The notes: generated by a model not told the origin, from the sequence alone. DNA of 64,000 nt from Octopus vulgaris (GCA_951406725.2 OX597828.1:73656001-73720000); one strand, 5' to 3'; positions 41,961 through 56,608 are shown, numbered from the stretch's first letter. Numbers and translations: made by a program.

Positions 41961-42050
41961 TTTTCCTGATGAAGGGGACATTATCTATATATGAACTATA
42001 AAATTCACACCTTACGAGGACAAATGGACTTCTGAAACAGCCGTAGAAAT
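41961..42050 (+). ncRNA. Degenerate Penelope-type hammerhead motif
   Basis: tttc-CTGATGA-agggg...cttct-GAAA-cagccg-TA-gaaa; stem III is one change from the ACAGCTGT palindrome seen near 5990 and 52795. Confidence 0.5.
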
Positions 42051-42422
42051 TTCTCTTACCTGTTCTTATAACCAGTTATATATGTTTTTAGAGCTCTTAA
42101 AAGAAATATATTTCTCTGACTTTAAAATTCCTAATTAAAGTTTCTCACTACCGTCAATGTAATTTCTAACTTTTAAATTTTAATATTTAATTCGACATTG
42201 TTAATTTTCAATTTTTAATAAGTGTTTCTTATATTCGCTATATCACTCCACACATCGACTTTTCTCTTGCTCATATCATCATGCATATTCATATTTCATA
42301 TATCTCTTATTTCTATTATATTCTTAAATAGTACTTTAATATGCTCTGAATGTCTTAACGTGGTTGTTGTATTAATGTAATTCTTTAAGTTATATTATTT
42401 ACTATGTATATATATATATATA

Positions 42423-42819
42423 CTAGCAGTATCGCCCGGCGTTGCTCGGGTTTGTAAGGGAAATAACTATATAAGCATTGTTAGAGAGTTATAGCCAAAA
42501 ATAGCAAAAAAAATGCATTAAAAATGGAAAAAAAATGATGGTAAATTTTTTTAAATCGTTGACTCATCGTAGACATTTTTAGAGAGTTACTTCCCTTATA
42601 TAATAGCGAAAAAATGCGTTAAAATGGAAAAAATTATGGTAATTTTTTTTTAAATCGTAGACTCATCGTAGACGCGCTCTAATACCCAGAAGGGCTCGAT
42701 ATGAATCACGACTATAAGATACCCGCTTTTGGTTAAACTGGACCGCAAAATGTGGGAGTAGTTAGGAATCTAAATCGTAGGAGACAGGCAGCACACAACC
42801 TCACTTTTATATATAAAGA
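42423..42819 (-). mobile_element. Non-autonomous Helitron (397 bp)
   Basis: Minus strand begins TC (a|TCTTTATATATAAAAGTG) and ends CTAG|t, with GC hairpin CCCGAGCAACGCCGGG just before the end; A/T target, no TSD, internal tandem duplication. Confidence 0.85.
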
Positions 42820-42878
42820 TATCCAAATGCACAAAAACGCGCGAGCGCAGACACACGCACGCACGTACGCACATAAAA

Positions 42879-43378
<500 letters not shown>

Positions 43379-43384
43379 AATGCA

Positions 43385-43700
43385 TTGTTTCAGGTTCTAT
43401 ATGTGACAGTTTAATCATGCCATGTACAAAAGAAGCCGTACAAAAGGTGGACTTAGCGTAAAATCGCAGAGAAAACCTTAGGATCATGCTTTCTACAGTT
43501 AATAGGGTGATTGTGCAATTCACAAGAGAGGAGAAGGAGTCCACATCACTGTTCCCAGGTCGACCAAGGCCGTATGACAGGATCCTTTGCTTTTTTTTTA
43601 AGTGGAGTGTGAAAGATAATCCTCATGCAGGGCCTCTGACATAGAAGAAAGTAATTGATGTCAGTCCCAGAACAGCTGTCAGGTTTCTCCATAAACGTGG
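43385..43700 (+). mobile_element. Partial copy of the Tc1-like element (5' region)
   Basis: Colinear with 44955-45270 (TTTCAGGTTCTATATGT...ACTTAGCGTAAAATCGCA...GTGATTGTGCAATTCAC...TTGATGTCAGTCCCAGAA). Confidence 0.75.
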
Positions 43701-44135
43701 CCACCGTGTGGGTTGGATCTACAAAATCTTTCGTCAAGTTATGAATATTTAATGCAAATCTGAAGCGATGGCTTTCTCTTCAGAATCCAATCAATCTATA
43801 ATCTTTCCTTTTCACAACCACGAATGGAGAAGCAGCATCGTCGACAGAATCTGAGACTTGCGTCTGGTTTACTTTTATCACAACTCAGAAGAAGTTTATA
43901 TCTGGACAATGAGAGAATATATTAGTTTCATATGGCGTTCATTAGGTTACTTCTGAAATTAGATATTTTAATGATGTAAAGCAAAAATTATAATTGACGA
44001 ATGAATAGCAGTAATTATTCTGCAACTGTTCTTCTGGAGGTTCCCAGCGGAGATCATTGGAAATTTACATGGGAAACTGTCTCGAAGTATGCGCACATAT
44101 ACGTGTTCATATGGGCTTGTGTATGTGTGTATATG

Positions 44136-44190
<55 letters not shown>

Positions 44191-44366
44191 GTGTGTGTGT
44201 GTGTGTACTCATATATCAATATACAATATACACAGACGCACATAAATGGGTGTGTGCTTCAATGTATATATCTATGAACTTGTGTCATTATACACATATT
44301 TCTGCATTATCAAGCATACATTAAAATATCTATATACAAATGTGCATGCAAATGGCAGTATAAATA

Positions 44367-44800
44367 TACATACATACATACATACATACATGCATGCGTA
44401 CATATATATATATACATGCATACATATATACATACATACATACATACACACATACACACATACATACATAGATACATACATACATTAATACATACATACA
44501 TACATACATACACACATACACACATACATACATACATACATACATACATACATACATACATACATTCATACATACATACATACATATATACATACATACA
44601 TACATACATACATTCATACATACATACATACATATATACATACATACATACATACATACATACATACATACATACATTCATACATACATACATACATAGA
44701 TACATACATACATTAATACATACATACATACATACATACATACACACATACATACATACATACATACATACATACATGCATACATTCATACATACATACA
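44367..44800. repeat. (TACA)n microsatellite
   Basis: Direct reading. Confidence 0.95.
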
Positions 44801-46078
44801 TACGTGTACACGTATGCAGACGTTCCTATTTCTATCAAAGAAGTAACACATACACAGACATGACAGAAGTCAGTAGATACACCATACAAAATTGTTTTAT
44901 GCTTATTCTAACTTGTAAAGGTTTATATTTTTTTTTATTAAGGAATATTTTAATGTTTCAGGTTCTATATGTACTTATTTAATCATGTCACGTACAAAAG
45001 AAGCCTTGGAACTGTCCAAATTTCAAAGAGCCGTATTGTAGGATCAATCTTAAGGTGTACTTAGCGTAAAATCGCATGAAACCTTGGGATCTCACATTTT
45101 ACAGTTCATAGAGTGATTGTGCAATTCACCAGAGACATTGCTCAGGTCGACTTTTGCCCTCTGTCATGACCCTTTGCTTTGTTAAGTGGAGTTTGGAGGA
45201 GAATCCTCATTGCAAGGCCGCTGACAAGTTGATGTCAGTCCCAGAAGAGCTATCAGGTATCTTCACAAACTTGGTTGCTATGGCAGAGCAGCAAAAAGGA
45301 GGCCACTTCTTTGGCCAGCCAATATCAAGTGGAAAAAGATTGGACCAATGAGATGATGGAGTGGCCGCTAGCACTTTGGGACACTGTCATATTCTCTGAT
45401 GAGTCCAGATTTGCTGTATTCTCTGACAGTGTTCCAGGGTGGGTCTGGGGACTCTCTGATCACTAATTTGACATGAAATGATTGCTGTCGACAATGAAAC
45501 AAGGCAGCTATTCTGTGAGGGTCTGGGGTGAAATTTCAGAGCTGGTGAAGTGTGATGGAAACATAAACTCAGGTAAATATTTGTCCATATTGCAGAAAGG
45601 ACTCCTTCCAATTCTTCTCCAATGGTGACACGATTAAAGAAGATTCTTTGTTTATGGAAGATGGGGCCCCTTGTCACATGGCTAGAAAGTCCCAAGATTT
45701 ATTGGAAAAGAAGGACATTAAAAAACTTCCATGGCCAAGCCAGTCATCTTATATGAACCCTATTGAATACTTCTGGGGCATGATGTACAAGACACTTCAT
45801 AAAAAGAACAAGAAAGCATCCTCAAAGCCGGATCTTTTGAGATTACTGCATGAAACTTAGCAAGAAATTCCGCTAGAGAATATTCCCCATCTGATCAGTA
45901 GCATGCCTTATAGGATCCTTGCAATGAAAAATGCAAAGGGCACGTCTATTAAATATTCGATATTCAAATTATGATAATCTACAAATAATTTGAAAGTATA
46001 ATTTCAAATTTATATAAATGTTAATGATTATAAAGGTATCTATTTACTTATGTCATGTCTTTGTACATTCATATGCAC

Positions 46079-46081
<3 letters not shown>
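44801..46081 (+). mobile_element. Decayed Tc1-family (DD34E) DNA transposon
   Basis: Fragments VIFSDESRF, FMEDGAPCH and WPSQSSYMNPIEYFW; imperfect TIRs TACACAGACATGACAGAAGTCAGTAGATAC (about 44851) and GGTATCTATTTACTTATGTCATGTCTTTGTA (about 46035). Confidence 0.85.
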
Positions 46082-46136
<55 letters not shown>

Positions 46137-46322
46137 GATATGTTAACGTATAAATTACAATCCCACTATCAGTGTATATATATATATATATACATACATA
46201 CATTCATACATACATACATACATACATACATACATACATACATACATACATACATACATACATACATACATACATACATACATACATTCATACATACATA
46301 CATACATTCATGCGCCTTCACA

Positions 46323-46660
46323 GGCGCATGGCTCAGTGGTTAGAGCGTCGAGCTTACGATCGTGAGGTTGTGAGCTCGAATCCCGGACCGGGCTGCGTGT
46401 TGTGTTATTGAGCAAGGCACTTTATTTCACGTTGCTCCAGTTCACTCAGCTGTAGAAATGAGTTGCGACGTCACAGGTGCCAAGCTGTATCGACCTTTGT
46501 CTTTCCCTTGGATAACACTGGTGGCGTGGAGAGGGGAGGCTGGTATGCATGGGCGACTGCTGGTCTTCCATAAAACAACCTTGCCCCGACTTGTGTCTAG
46601 GAGGGTAACTTTCTAGGTGCAATCCCATGGTCATTCATGACCGAAGGGGGTCTTTACCTT
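46323..46660 (+). mobile_element. tRNA/CORE-like SINE family C, full length, inside (TACA)n
   Basis: GGCGCATGGCTCAGTGGTTAGAGCG...GAGCTCGAATCCC tRNA-like head, then CORE-like TTGAGCAAGGCACTTTATTTCACGTTGCTCCAGTTCACTCAGCTGTAGAAATG. Confidence 0.85.
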
Positions 46661-47264
46661 TACATACATTCATACATACATACATACATACATACGTACG
46701 TACGTACATACATACATACATACATACATACATACATACATACATTCATACATACATACATACATTCATACATACATACATACATACATACATACATACA
46801 TACATACGTACGTACGTACGTACGTACATACATACATACATACATACATACATACATACATACATTCATACATACATACATACATAAATGCATACATTCA
46901 TACATAGATACATTCATACATACATACATACATACATACATACATACATACATACATACATACATACATACATACATACATACATACATACATACATACA
47001 TACATACATACATACATACATTCATACATACATACATACATACATACATTCATACATACATACATACATACATACATACATTCATACATACATACATACA
47101 TACATACATACATACGTACATACATACATACATACATACATACATACATACATACATACATACATACATACATACATACATACATACATACATACATACA
47201 TACATACATACATACATACATACATACATACATACATACATACATACATACATGCATACATACA
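46661..47264. repeat. (TACA)n microsatellite
   Basis: Direct reading. Confidence 0.95.
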
Positions 47265-47524
47265 TAGAAAGGCTCAAAGGTCCATCCCCAGCCATTAGCT
47301 CATAAATCTCGTTACATGTATTCTGTTTGTGTATATATATATTCACCTCTTGGACTGGGCGCAGATTCGTTGCAGGATTGCTCATTTATTGGCCAGTAGG
47401 AGCCAAATGAAATTAAGTGTTTCGCTATCAAGAACACAGCTCATCGCCCGATCCAGTACTTGAAACCACAACCTCATGAGTGCAACACACTAAACCACTA
47501 AACTATGCTCCCCTCCACACACAC

Positions 47525-47557
<33 letters not shown>

Positions 47558-47749
47558 TGTATGTATGTATGTATGTATGTATGTATGTATGTATGTACGT
47601 ACGTACGTATGTATGTATGTATGTATGTACATACGTACATACGTATGTATGTATGTATGTATGTATGTATGTATGTATGTATGTATGTATGTATGTACGT
47701 ACGTATGTATGTATGTAAGCATGCATGCACGCGCAGCAAGACTCTCTCT

Positions 47750-49000
47750 GAAAGTAATATAAGGCTTGAATCTAAAAATTGCTTTCTTACATTTTAAGGG
47801 AGAATATTCAAGAACTGTGGTCCTTTGAAGCCGAATTGTTTGAAATTCTTGCTCTGGTTGATGAGGAACCATGTGTATTTTTTAGAGATTTGTATAATTT
47901 GACACCAGTTACTTCACGATTTTCTGGATCTGAAAATTTGGGGATAGCATCCCCTGCATTCTAAGCTTCAAGATCTGTTATAATAACTCATTTATTGCGT
48001 GTTTCGTTTGTCTTTCCTTTCGTAGTAAGCTTAGCAGTATGAAGGGATTCGTAGGAAACAGTAACCTTGGTAACTGATAATATATATTCTCCCAAAATTC
48101 AGAACTTTTCTTGTTTTCTTCTTCATATTCTTAGGATCTGTCATCTTCGTCTTCTACACGTGTTTTTGCCCTTCTAATATCTGCATGGAATAATGCTCTG
48201 TTTCTCATTACAACACCCAGTATCTAAACCGCGTATTTCCATTTCATCTGGTTTGAACTATTTCGAGGGATGAACAGCAAAGCTTTCGCGTTGTCTACAT
48301 TCAATTTCTTTCTTTTGTTCTACCCTTTTGTATACGGTATCAAAGTCTTTTAGGCTTCTTTTACATTTCCGAAACAGGTTACTGCATTTGATATCGTAAT
48401 GTATCGACATAGCTAGTAAGGTTGGTTATGCAAACAAGTGAGGATAAGTCTAGCAAACAATACCGGTCCCGGCAGCACCTCAATATGGTCCCACTCTCTA
48501 GAAAGTAGATTTTTTCATGAAGGTCAACGTTGTCTCTAAAATCCAAATTTTAGTCTTTTAGGAAACCATAAAATCCCTGTCGTAAATTTCTGATTTGTAC
48601 GAAAATTACAAAGCTAATGATATATTATTCTGTGATTAAATTTGTCGAAAGTTTTTGCAAAGTCCATCTTAGCTATACCACATCCATATTTCATTGAAAG
48701 GCGTTTTTATCAGAAAGTCATAATTCTGCAAAAGTTGTGATTAAGCGAAAACCTTTTGTCTTTCACTTCTACCGGTCCATTTCTTCCCTGGGTCTTCTGA
48801 AATGGAATATAGTATCTGTAATTTTTTTTTCTTTGGATCTAGTTTTTCACCTCTGTTAGTTTTTTGGTGGTTTTTCCCCCATATTTTGGAGGGTTGGCCA
48901 GTGTTGCTCGAAGTCCAATCGTGGAATTTCTGTGACAATAGTTAAGTTTTTAAAATTATTTTTACACATGTCCTTCACTTAACCACATCAGTTCTATTTT
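47750..49000 (-). mobile_element. Old CR1-group LINE RT relic
   Basis: Minus strand has MDFAKTFDKFNH (DFAKAFD motif), PGPVLF, a degenerate YADD (YVDT) and FGFKGPQFLNILP, which matches the tail of the 60.8-62.0 kb element. The 5' limit is uncertain. Confidence 0.65.
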
Positions 49001-50009
49001 CCTTGCTCGTGTTTATTTTTTTTTTACATTAGTTTACATTAACTTGGTGGCAGGTTGGGTCCGGTGCAGGTAGTTGAGTTTTCAGTGCAATTCTTTTTAA
49101 TGACATCGTTTGCAGAGTTTGTTGATGTAAGAAGGAAGTAGCAGAAGCGCCTTCATCCATGGCCATGGTATTCGATTAAGGTAAATCAATACTTGGCTTT
49201 GATATCCTTTAACGATTTGTAAGGAATTGTGATAGCAGCATTATTCACCTTTCTGTCTCATAAGTTAAACTATGGTCTGACACCTGGAAACAACGAATTT
49301 TCAAAGAATCTTATTAAACCTTTGTCATCGTATTCTCTTCAAGATCCCTATCCGGAAGCATTATACTAATTTTTCATCTACATTTTAAGAGAGCCAATAT
49401 GGCTATCTTCTTTATGAAAATCTCTTCTCTTTTGCTTCATAATAGTATATATTCCATCCAATATTTACAAATATGTGTAATGAAAAAATAATAAACGAAA
49501 ATATTTCGTCTTCTATATTTGTTGAAGTTTTGAAAATATATTCCACACTATTGCCTATTGTTATAGCTACCGATATTTGAAAGAAATAGCATAGATATGT
49601 ATCTATATATGTTTTGTTAGTATTCAGGTATATTTTTTCTATTATTAACTATTTATAAACTTACCAATGCCTCGCGGAAATTGTACAGCTATATATTTAT
49701 ATATGTGTGAAGATATTTCTCAACATGGCTTGTCAGTATTTCATTGTGTTAGTTACTATTATAGCTACCAATACCTGAAAAGAATTGTGCTGTTATAAAC
49801 TCCATTGTGTGTTCGTGTCGATATTTTTTATTGCAGTTTGTCATTCGTGCAAATGTATCCATTTTTTTTTTACATAAATTCTATCTCCAAAATACACGTA
49901 ACGTTTTCAACAGAGTTAGGCTATTTTGTAAAGAAATAACTACCATCTTAAATCTTCCCAGAAATCTTGTAGATATGTAACGTGGATGACTGACAGAATT
50001 ACTACCACA

Positions 50010-50322
50010 GCACTCCGTCGGTTACGACGACGAGAGCTCCAGTTGATCCAAACATCGGAACAGCCTACTCGTGAAATTAACGTGCAAGAGGCTGTGACAA
50101 GGCTGGCTCTTTGAAATACAAGTACAACAGAAACAGGAAGAAAGAGTGAGAGAAGTTTGTGGTGAAAGAGTACAGCAGAGTTCGCTACCACCCCCTGCCG
50201 GAGCCTCGTGGATCTTTAGGTGTTTTAGCTCAATAAACACTCTCAACGCCCGGTCTGGGAATCAAAACCGCGATCCTATGACCGAAAGTGCGCTGCCCTA
50301 ACCACTGGGTCGTTGCACCTCC
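50010..50322 (-). mobile_element. Chimeric SINE: family B head with the tail seen in family C copies
   Basis: Head matches 22093-22280; tail matches 42879-43060 and 58809-58990. Confidence 0.8.
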
Positions 50323-51069
50323 ACTGACCGAATAGATAATAGATGTCATACTTGTATGTGGGTGGTTCGTCTCCTAACACCAGCACTGACTGTTCTTGAT
50401 CAAAGTTACTTCCCTCGTTACAATTTGCCGATGTTGCTGTTTATCTCCTAGCTGCCCTAAATGGAAAATTGAAAGACTGAAAGCTAATCCAGGTATGAAA
50501 GCTGGTTTTTATTTACCTGTTTGCCTACGCCTACACAATCCAATGTAATCGTTCTCTTTGGTAGATACATTTCCAGGAAGATGTAGCAACTACGTACAGC
50601 AACTTCCGTGGTCACTTAGAACATAATTTGTGAGCAAGTTTAGCCGCAACTCTGTACTGTGGCTGTTGCACGTAAATGCCAGAAAAACAGCAGTAATATG
50701 CAAGATAGACTTAGATCAGTCTATTCGGCAATGTTGTTCGAAATCAGAGGCAGATTATAGATTCAAAATATACAGTAAATATTATCGGAAAGTGATATCC
50801 ACCCGCTCCATTGAATGACGCTCTAGCTTATCACGTGACCTCCAGAATTCAGCAAGAACCAGACAGCTGCAGTCATTCTGTACAGTCTTGTCTTTCTATT
50901 AACGCTGGAGAAATACGACCGATAGAGCATTGATTCTTGTATATCTCTGCAGTGTATCGTCGACTACACACTACACATATTCTCATATGATCGAAGAGAT
51001 GTACATGTGTACATATGTGTGTCCATGTTGCATGTGTGTTTATGAAGTATATATGTATACATATAAATG

Positions 51070-51166
<97 letters not shown>

Positions 51167-51385
51167 TAAATATAAGGGTAGCAAAATATCTAGAAAAAAT
51201 TCTCCGCTACCAGCGGTCTAGCGAGAAAGTAAAGATAGTCAAAGACTATATAATATACATTCAACAATATAAGGAATGGCCATAATAGGACATTCGACTC
51301 ACTAGAAAGAGCAGCCAAACTCAAACCGCTAATAGTTGCAATTCTGAAATCGAAAGAGAAATAAAAAAACGTTTACCCCTTTCAT

Positions 51386-51478
51386 CTCTGGACTATGCAT
51401 AGTTTCGGCAAACTTTGGTAAACAAATTAATTAAATTAAATTAAATTTATTTACAACTGGCGTGCTTCGTCAGCAGAG
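51386..51478 (-). ncRNA. Type I hammerhead ribozyme motif (inverted copy)
   Basis: ctctg-CTGACGA-agca...tgcc-GAAA-ctatgcatag-TC-cagag; the first stem II pair is an A-C mismatch. Confidence 0.75.
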
Positions 51479-51719
51479 AAGCCTAGGACGAGTATATACC
51501 CACGAGGCGATGGTAAGGAAGCCTCAAGTCTATATGCTATAAATTTTCAAAATCTACCGCAATCGCGCGATTCTTCTCAGCAGCAAATATAAACTGCCGA
51601 TTCAATTTCAAAATTAGCCAAAAAATCATTAATTAATAAATATAAGGGTAGCAAAAAATCTAGAAAAAATTCTCCGCTACCAGCGGTCTAGCCTCGTGGG
51701 TATATACTCGTCCTAGGCT

Positions 51720-51814
51720 TCTCTGCTGACGAGGCACGCCAGTTGTAAATAAATTTAATTTAATTTAATTAATTTGTTTACGAAAGTTTGCCGAAACTAT
51801 GCATAGTCCAGAGA
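51720..51814 (+). ncRNA. Type I hammerhead ribozyme, apparently intact
   Basis: tctctg-CTGACGA-ggca...tgcc-GAAA-ctatgcatag-TC-cagaga: 6-bp stem I, full core, G-C closed stem II, palindromic stem III ACTATGCATAGT; predicted cleavage after GUC at 51808. Confidence 0.85.
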
Positions 51815-51931
51815 TGAAAGGGTAAACGTTTTTATTTCTCTTTCGATTTCAGAATTACAACTATTAGCGGTTTGAGTTTGGCTGCTCTTTCTAGTGAGTC
51901 AAATGTCCTATTATGGCCATTCCTTATATTG

Positions 51932-52258
<327 letters not shown>

Positions 52259-52260
52259 TA

Positions 52261-52310
<50 letters not shown>

Positions 52311-52723
52311 TATATGGCATTAAAATTCACAAGTCTCCGATATCCAAGTAGCTAAGAGTGTCAGCGGAGGGAATTCAGGTGCCATGACCGGGGTGTAGCC
52401 CGCTTCTTTTGGTGTGTAAGACGTTAAGGGCCGAAAAACGCCTGGGTGGTCTTTCACCTCTGAGGACGTTCTACTGTTCAGCTCCCTTGAGAGTTTCTTA
52501 TCTGTCTCTTTCTTTCTTTCTCCCTCTCTCTCCCGTTTTGTTTATATATATATATATCCGTCTTCCCTTCCTTGTACCTTTCCTTATTCTATGCTTCTAG
52601 GAAAAACTCCGCTCAAAACGTGAAATCCGCCTTCTTTCTTTCATTCCTGAGCGTCCAATAACACTATACTCGTTCCACGTCCTCGCGTTGTTGTGTTTCC
52701 TCTTTATGTTTTCATGTTTGGAT

Positions 52724-52766
<43 letters not shown>

Positions 52767-52930
52767 TGTTGCAAACTGCATCCCCAAATTAGAAACAGCT
52801 GTAAGAGCGGAGTTAATTTATTTATTTATACCAGTGATTATAGTAAATAAATTTTACTGATGTCTGTCGATCGAATCTCTCTTTGTCTCTCTCTGTCTCT
52901 CTCTGTCTCCCTCTCTCTCTCTCTCTCTCT

Positions 52931-52987
<57 letters not shown>

Positions 52988-53754
52988 CAGTATGTGTGTC
53001 TGTTGTGGCTTTTTAATGCGTTCTTTTTTTCTTAGGGAATCGGCAAACTGAGATCTGAGAGATGGCAGTTTTAGTTAGAGAGAACGACTATGACGAATAC
53101 AAAGGGCTTTCGAGAAGTGTGTTGTGTTTGATTTCTAATTAGAATTATATTTCTTCTCGTAAGTAATTTATGCGTATTTGTTCATAAGGGGAGGGGGACA
53201 AGCGAGGGTGTATGTGTAAAAGTAAACAGAAACGTAAATAAATGGTTTGTTTTGGTAATCAGAAGTCAATTCTAAGGAAGTCTCTTGTGGCTGACAACGG
53301 CAATTAAGTAAGGAAAGATGGCGGGGGTTATCGTTACGTTTTCTCAGTTTGGTTAATTTGGAAGAATCGGAGTCTTTGTTGTGTAAAATCCAAATTTGGC
53401 AATCAAGGTCAGAGGCCATCTGTCCGATTGAGTGTTGTGTGCTTGAAGAATCTGGAGATACGAGTGTCTGATTTAATCGTCAAAGAAGAATTTCAAGCTT
53501 TGTTAATTTGTTTTCGATGCAATGAAGTTTGTTTCGTGTAATGTGATGGATGGGTTTCGCAAATTCTCAAGTTGATTATTCTATTTATTTCAGGTGATTT
53601 TATTAATAAGAGGTGAATCGGCGAGCGAACCAGAAAACTGTATGTTTTCAAGTATGAGGGCTGGCTGAATGTACGAAATCTTAGCCATTGTGTGAAGGGG
53701 TTAACAAACACTATTAGATTGTGATTCTTGTCTATGTGTATGTTGCTATATCTA

Positions 53755-53945
53755 TGTTTCTCCCCACACCATCATTTCACAACCGATGTTGGTGTGTTTA
53801 CGTCTCCATAACTTAGCGGTTCGGCAAAAGAGACGGATAGAATAAGTACTAGGCTTACGAAGAATAAGTCCTGGGGTCGAATTGTTCGACTAAAGGCGCT
53901 GCTCAAGCATAGCCGCAGTCAGAATGATTGAAACAAGTAAAAGAG
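53755..53945 (+). mobile_element. SINE family D, 3' half
   Basis: Reverse complement of 22958-23150. Confidence 0.8.
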
Positions 53946-54683
53946 TTTATATGAATATATATACCACTACCAAGGATTGATAAATGGTGTTGAGGTTTTT
54001 TTTTTATGTCGTCTTAACATAGCGGTTCGGCAAATTAAACCGATGGAATAATTCCAGGCTTTCAAAAAAAGTAAGTCGACTCGTTCGACATTCTTTAATG
54101 CTATGCTCCAGCATGGCCAGAATCTCCTACCCAAAGCCATTAAAAGATACAGATCAAATGCGTACATACATGACTGCAAATACATACATACATACAAAAC
54201 AAATGAAGGAGCCTTGGATCTAGGTTAGAAACCGGTTCTTTCTCTATAGGCAAGAAATCTTGAAATAAACTGAATAATGACATACAAACAATGTACTGCA
54301 GCAAAGGAGATAAAGATAAGAATACGTATGAAATTTTGGAGGTGGATGATCAACAATACATTATGAAACCCATTGGTGCGCTCTGATAACAAAAGACATA
54401 TCAGGGAAGTAGAACAGTGTATCATTGTGTACGTTGGACAGAGAGCCTATATTCTTTTATTCTTTTATTTGTTTTAGTCATTTGACTGCGGTCATGCTGG
54501 AGAACCACCTTTAGTCGAGCAAATCGACCCCAGGACTTATTCTTTGTAAGCCTAGTACTTATTCTATCAGTCTCTTTTGCCGAACAGCTAAGTTACGGTG
54601 ACGTAAACACACCAGAATTGGTTGCGAAGCGAGTTTGGGGGTGGGCCAAATGCAGACACACAAACACATTCACGCACGCGCGC

Positions 54684-54740
<57 letters not shown>

Positions 54741-54741
<1 letters not shown>

Positions 54742-56031
54742 GAGGGGCGTTCAATAAGTAATGCCTCTGACCCACTTGCAGTTGTTTGATCTAGCTGAAA
54801 ATTTACATGTGCAATTATTTATATCTCTATAGATTAAGTGGCAAATTACAGCTCTGAACTAATTGTCGTTTCTGATATACAGGTGTTTGAACTGAGTCAA
54901 GTGTGAAATGGAGCCTGTTGAGTGTCGAGCAGTGATCCGGTTTTTGTATTTGAAAGGACGCACACCACGGGAGACTTTTGATGAAATGAAAGTAACTTAT
55001 GGTGATGGTGCCCCATCATATGACCTTGTAAAATGCTGGCATCGTGAATTCAAACATGGTTGGATCTCTGTGGAAACAGCTCCCAGATCTGGTCACCCCC
55101 CTTCTGCCATTGATGAGGCATCTGTCCGTCAAGTTGAGGCTGCCATTTTGGAAGATCGACGCATAACTATTCGCCAAATAGCCCATGAGGTCAAGTTTAG
55201 TACCAGGTCTGTGGAAACTATCATTCATGACCATTTGCATATGCAAAAGGTGTCTGCCAGATGGATTCCCAGGTTGCTCACACCTTTCCAGACGCAAGAA
55301 CGCGTCGAGTTCTCGAGGATGAATTTGGAGATGTGCCAAGAAGATGAGTCAAAATTTTTCAAAAGACTGATTACACAGGATGAAACCTGGATCCATCACG
55401 ATGATCCAGAGACCAAAGCCCAGTCAATGCAGTGGAAGCACCGTGACTCACCTTCTCCAAAGATGACAAGGGTGCAGCCCTCTGCTGGCAAGGTCATGCT
55501 CACAGTCTTCTGGGACCAGAACGGAGTAGTGATGACAGATTTCCTGGCAAAGGGTACCACAATTACAGGAGCCTATTATGCTTCACTTTTGAGGAAATTA
55601 AGAGAAGCTATCAAAATCAAGAGGCGGGGCAAGATCAGCAAAGGCATCCTCCTCCTGCAGGACAACGCTCCGGTCTACAACTCGCGTGTCACCAGATCAG
55701 AAGCACAGGCGTGCGGCTATTAACTCCTCCCCCACCCCCTACTCTCCTGACCATGCACCCTCTGATTATCACCTCTTCCCAGCCATGAAGTTGTTTTTGA
55801 AAGGAAAGCATTTCCCAGATGATGCAGCCTTGATTTCTGAAGTCACATCGTGGTTGGAGGACCAAGCTGGGGTCTTCTACAAAAACGGTCTCCAGAGTTG
55901 CATCAAACGATGGGAGAAATGTGTAACTCTGAGTGGTTCCTATGTAGAAAAACACTAATAACTGTGCCAAGTTTCGTTGCTCTACTGCTATGGGAAGTGG
56001 GTCAGGGGCATTACTTATTGAACGCCCCTCG
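54741..56031 (+). mobile_element. Mariner DNA transposon, full length (1291 bp), probably irritans subfamily
   Basis: TIRs CGAGGGGCGTTCAATAAGTAATGCC(T/C)CTGACCCACTT at both ends, TA on both sides, transposase inside. Confidence 0.97.
54908..55958 (+). pseudogene. Mariner DD34D transposase, inactivated by a stop and a frameshift near 55721-55740
   Basis: ORF 54908-55723 has HTH region, WIPRLL, TQDETW and LQDNAP; continues in another frame with YSPDHAPSDYHLF...RWEKCV. Confidence 0.95.
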
Positions 56032-56608
56032 TATATACGACGGGCTTCTTCCAGTTTCCATCAAACAAATCCTCTCACAAGGTTTTGGTCGGCTGGAGGC
56101 TATAGTAGAAAACATGCCCATTGTGCCACGCAGTGGGACTGAACCCAGAACCATTTGGTTGGAAGCAAGCTACTCACCACACAGCCACTTCTGATGTAGA
56201 AATGTGATCTACTGAGGATGTAGTTTTGAAAAATATACGCACAGGATGGCATCGAATTTTGGAACGTTACTACGAAGAGCCGCTGGGAATTAATAAAACC
56301 ATTCTTCAATGTGCAGCTAAGGTATTGCAATTATATAGACGTTGTTGTATAATATTATTGTTGTTGCCGAAATGCGGGTATATAAAGGAACTCATATGTG
56401 GAAATCAGGGTGTTGTGTATTATTTTGTGTTAGCGGTGGGGATTTTTTATTCAGTTTCACGACGTTGAGTTTTCTGCAATTGCGAAATGAAATTCAGTTC
56501 ATGCTTGATTGCTTTAGAGTATTTTTTGGTGTTGAAGATGCGGAAAAATTGAAGGATGATGCTGAGGTGTACGAAAATTCTATACCTGGGATGCTTCATA
56601 CACAAACT

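Larger units (their letters stand above)
54451..56192 (-). mobile_element. SINE family D interrupted by a mariner element
   Basis: 3' half 54451-54670 and 5' half 56036-56192 flank the mariner, which sits in the SINE's internal (TA)n. Confidence 0.85.

Noticed and set aside
46323-46395. tRNA-like sequences at SINE heads (also 22093 and 59128)
   Set aside because: They continue into SINE bodies and are imperfect cloverleaves; not called as tRNA genes.
52313-52402. Possible HDV-like fold on the minus strand (ATGGCA/TGCCAT pairing)
   Set aside because: No convincing P1 or P3/L3 arrangement.
53050-53710. Possible old retroelement N-terminal remnant
   Set aside because: No diagnostic motif could be read.
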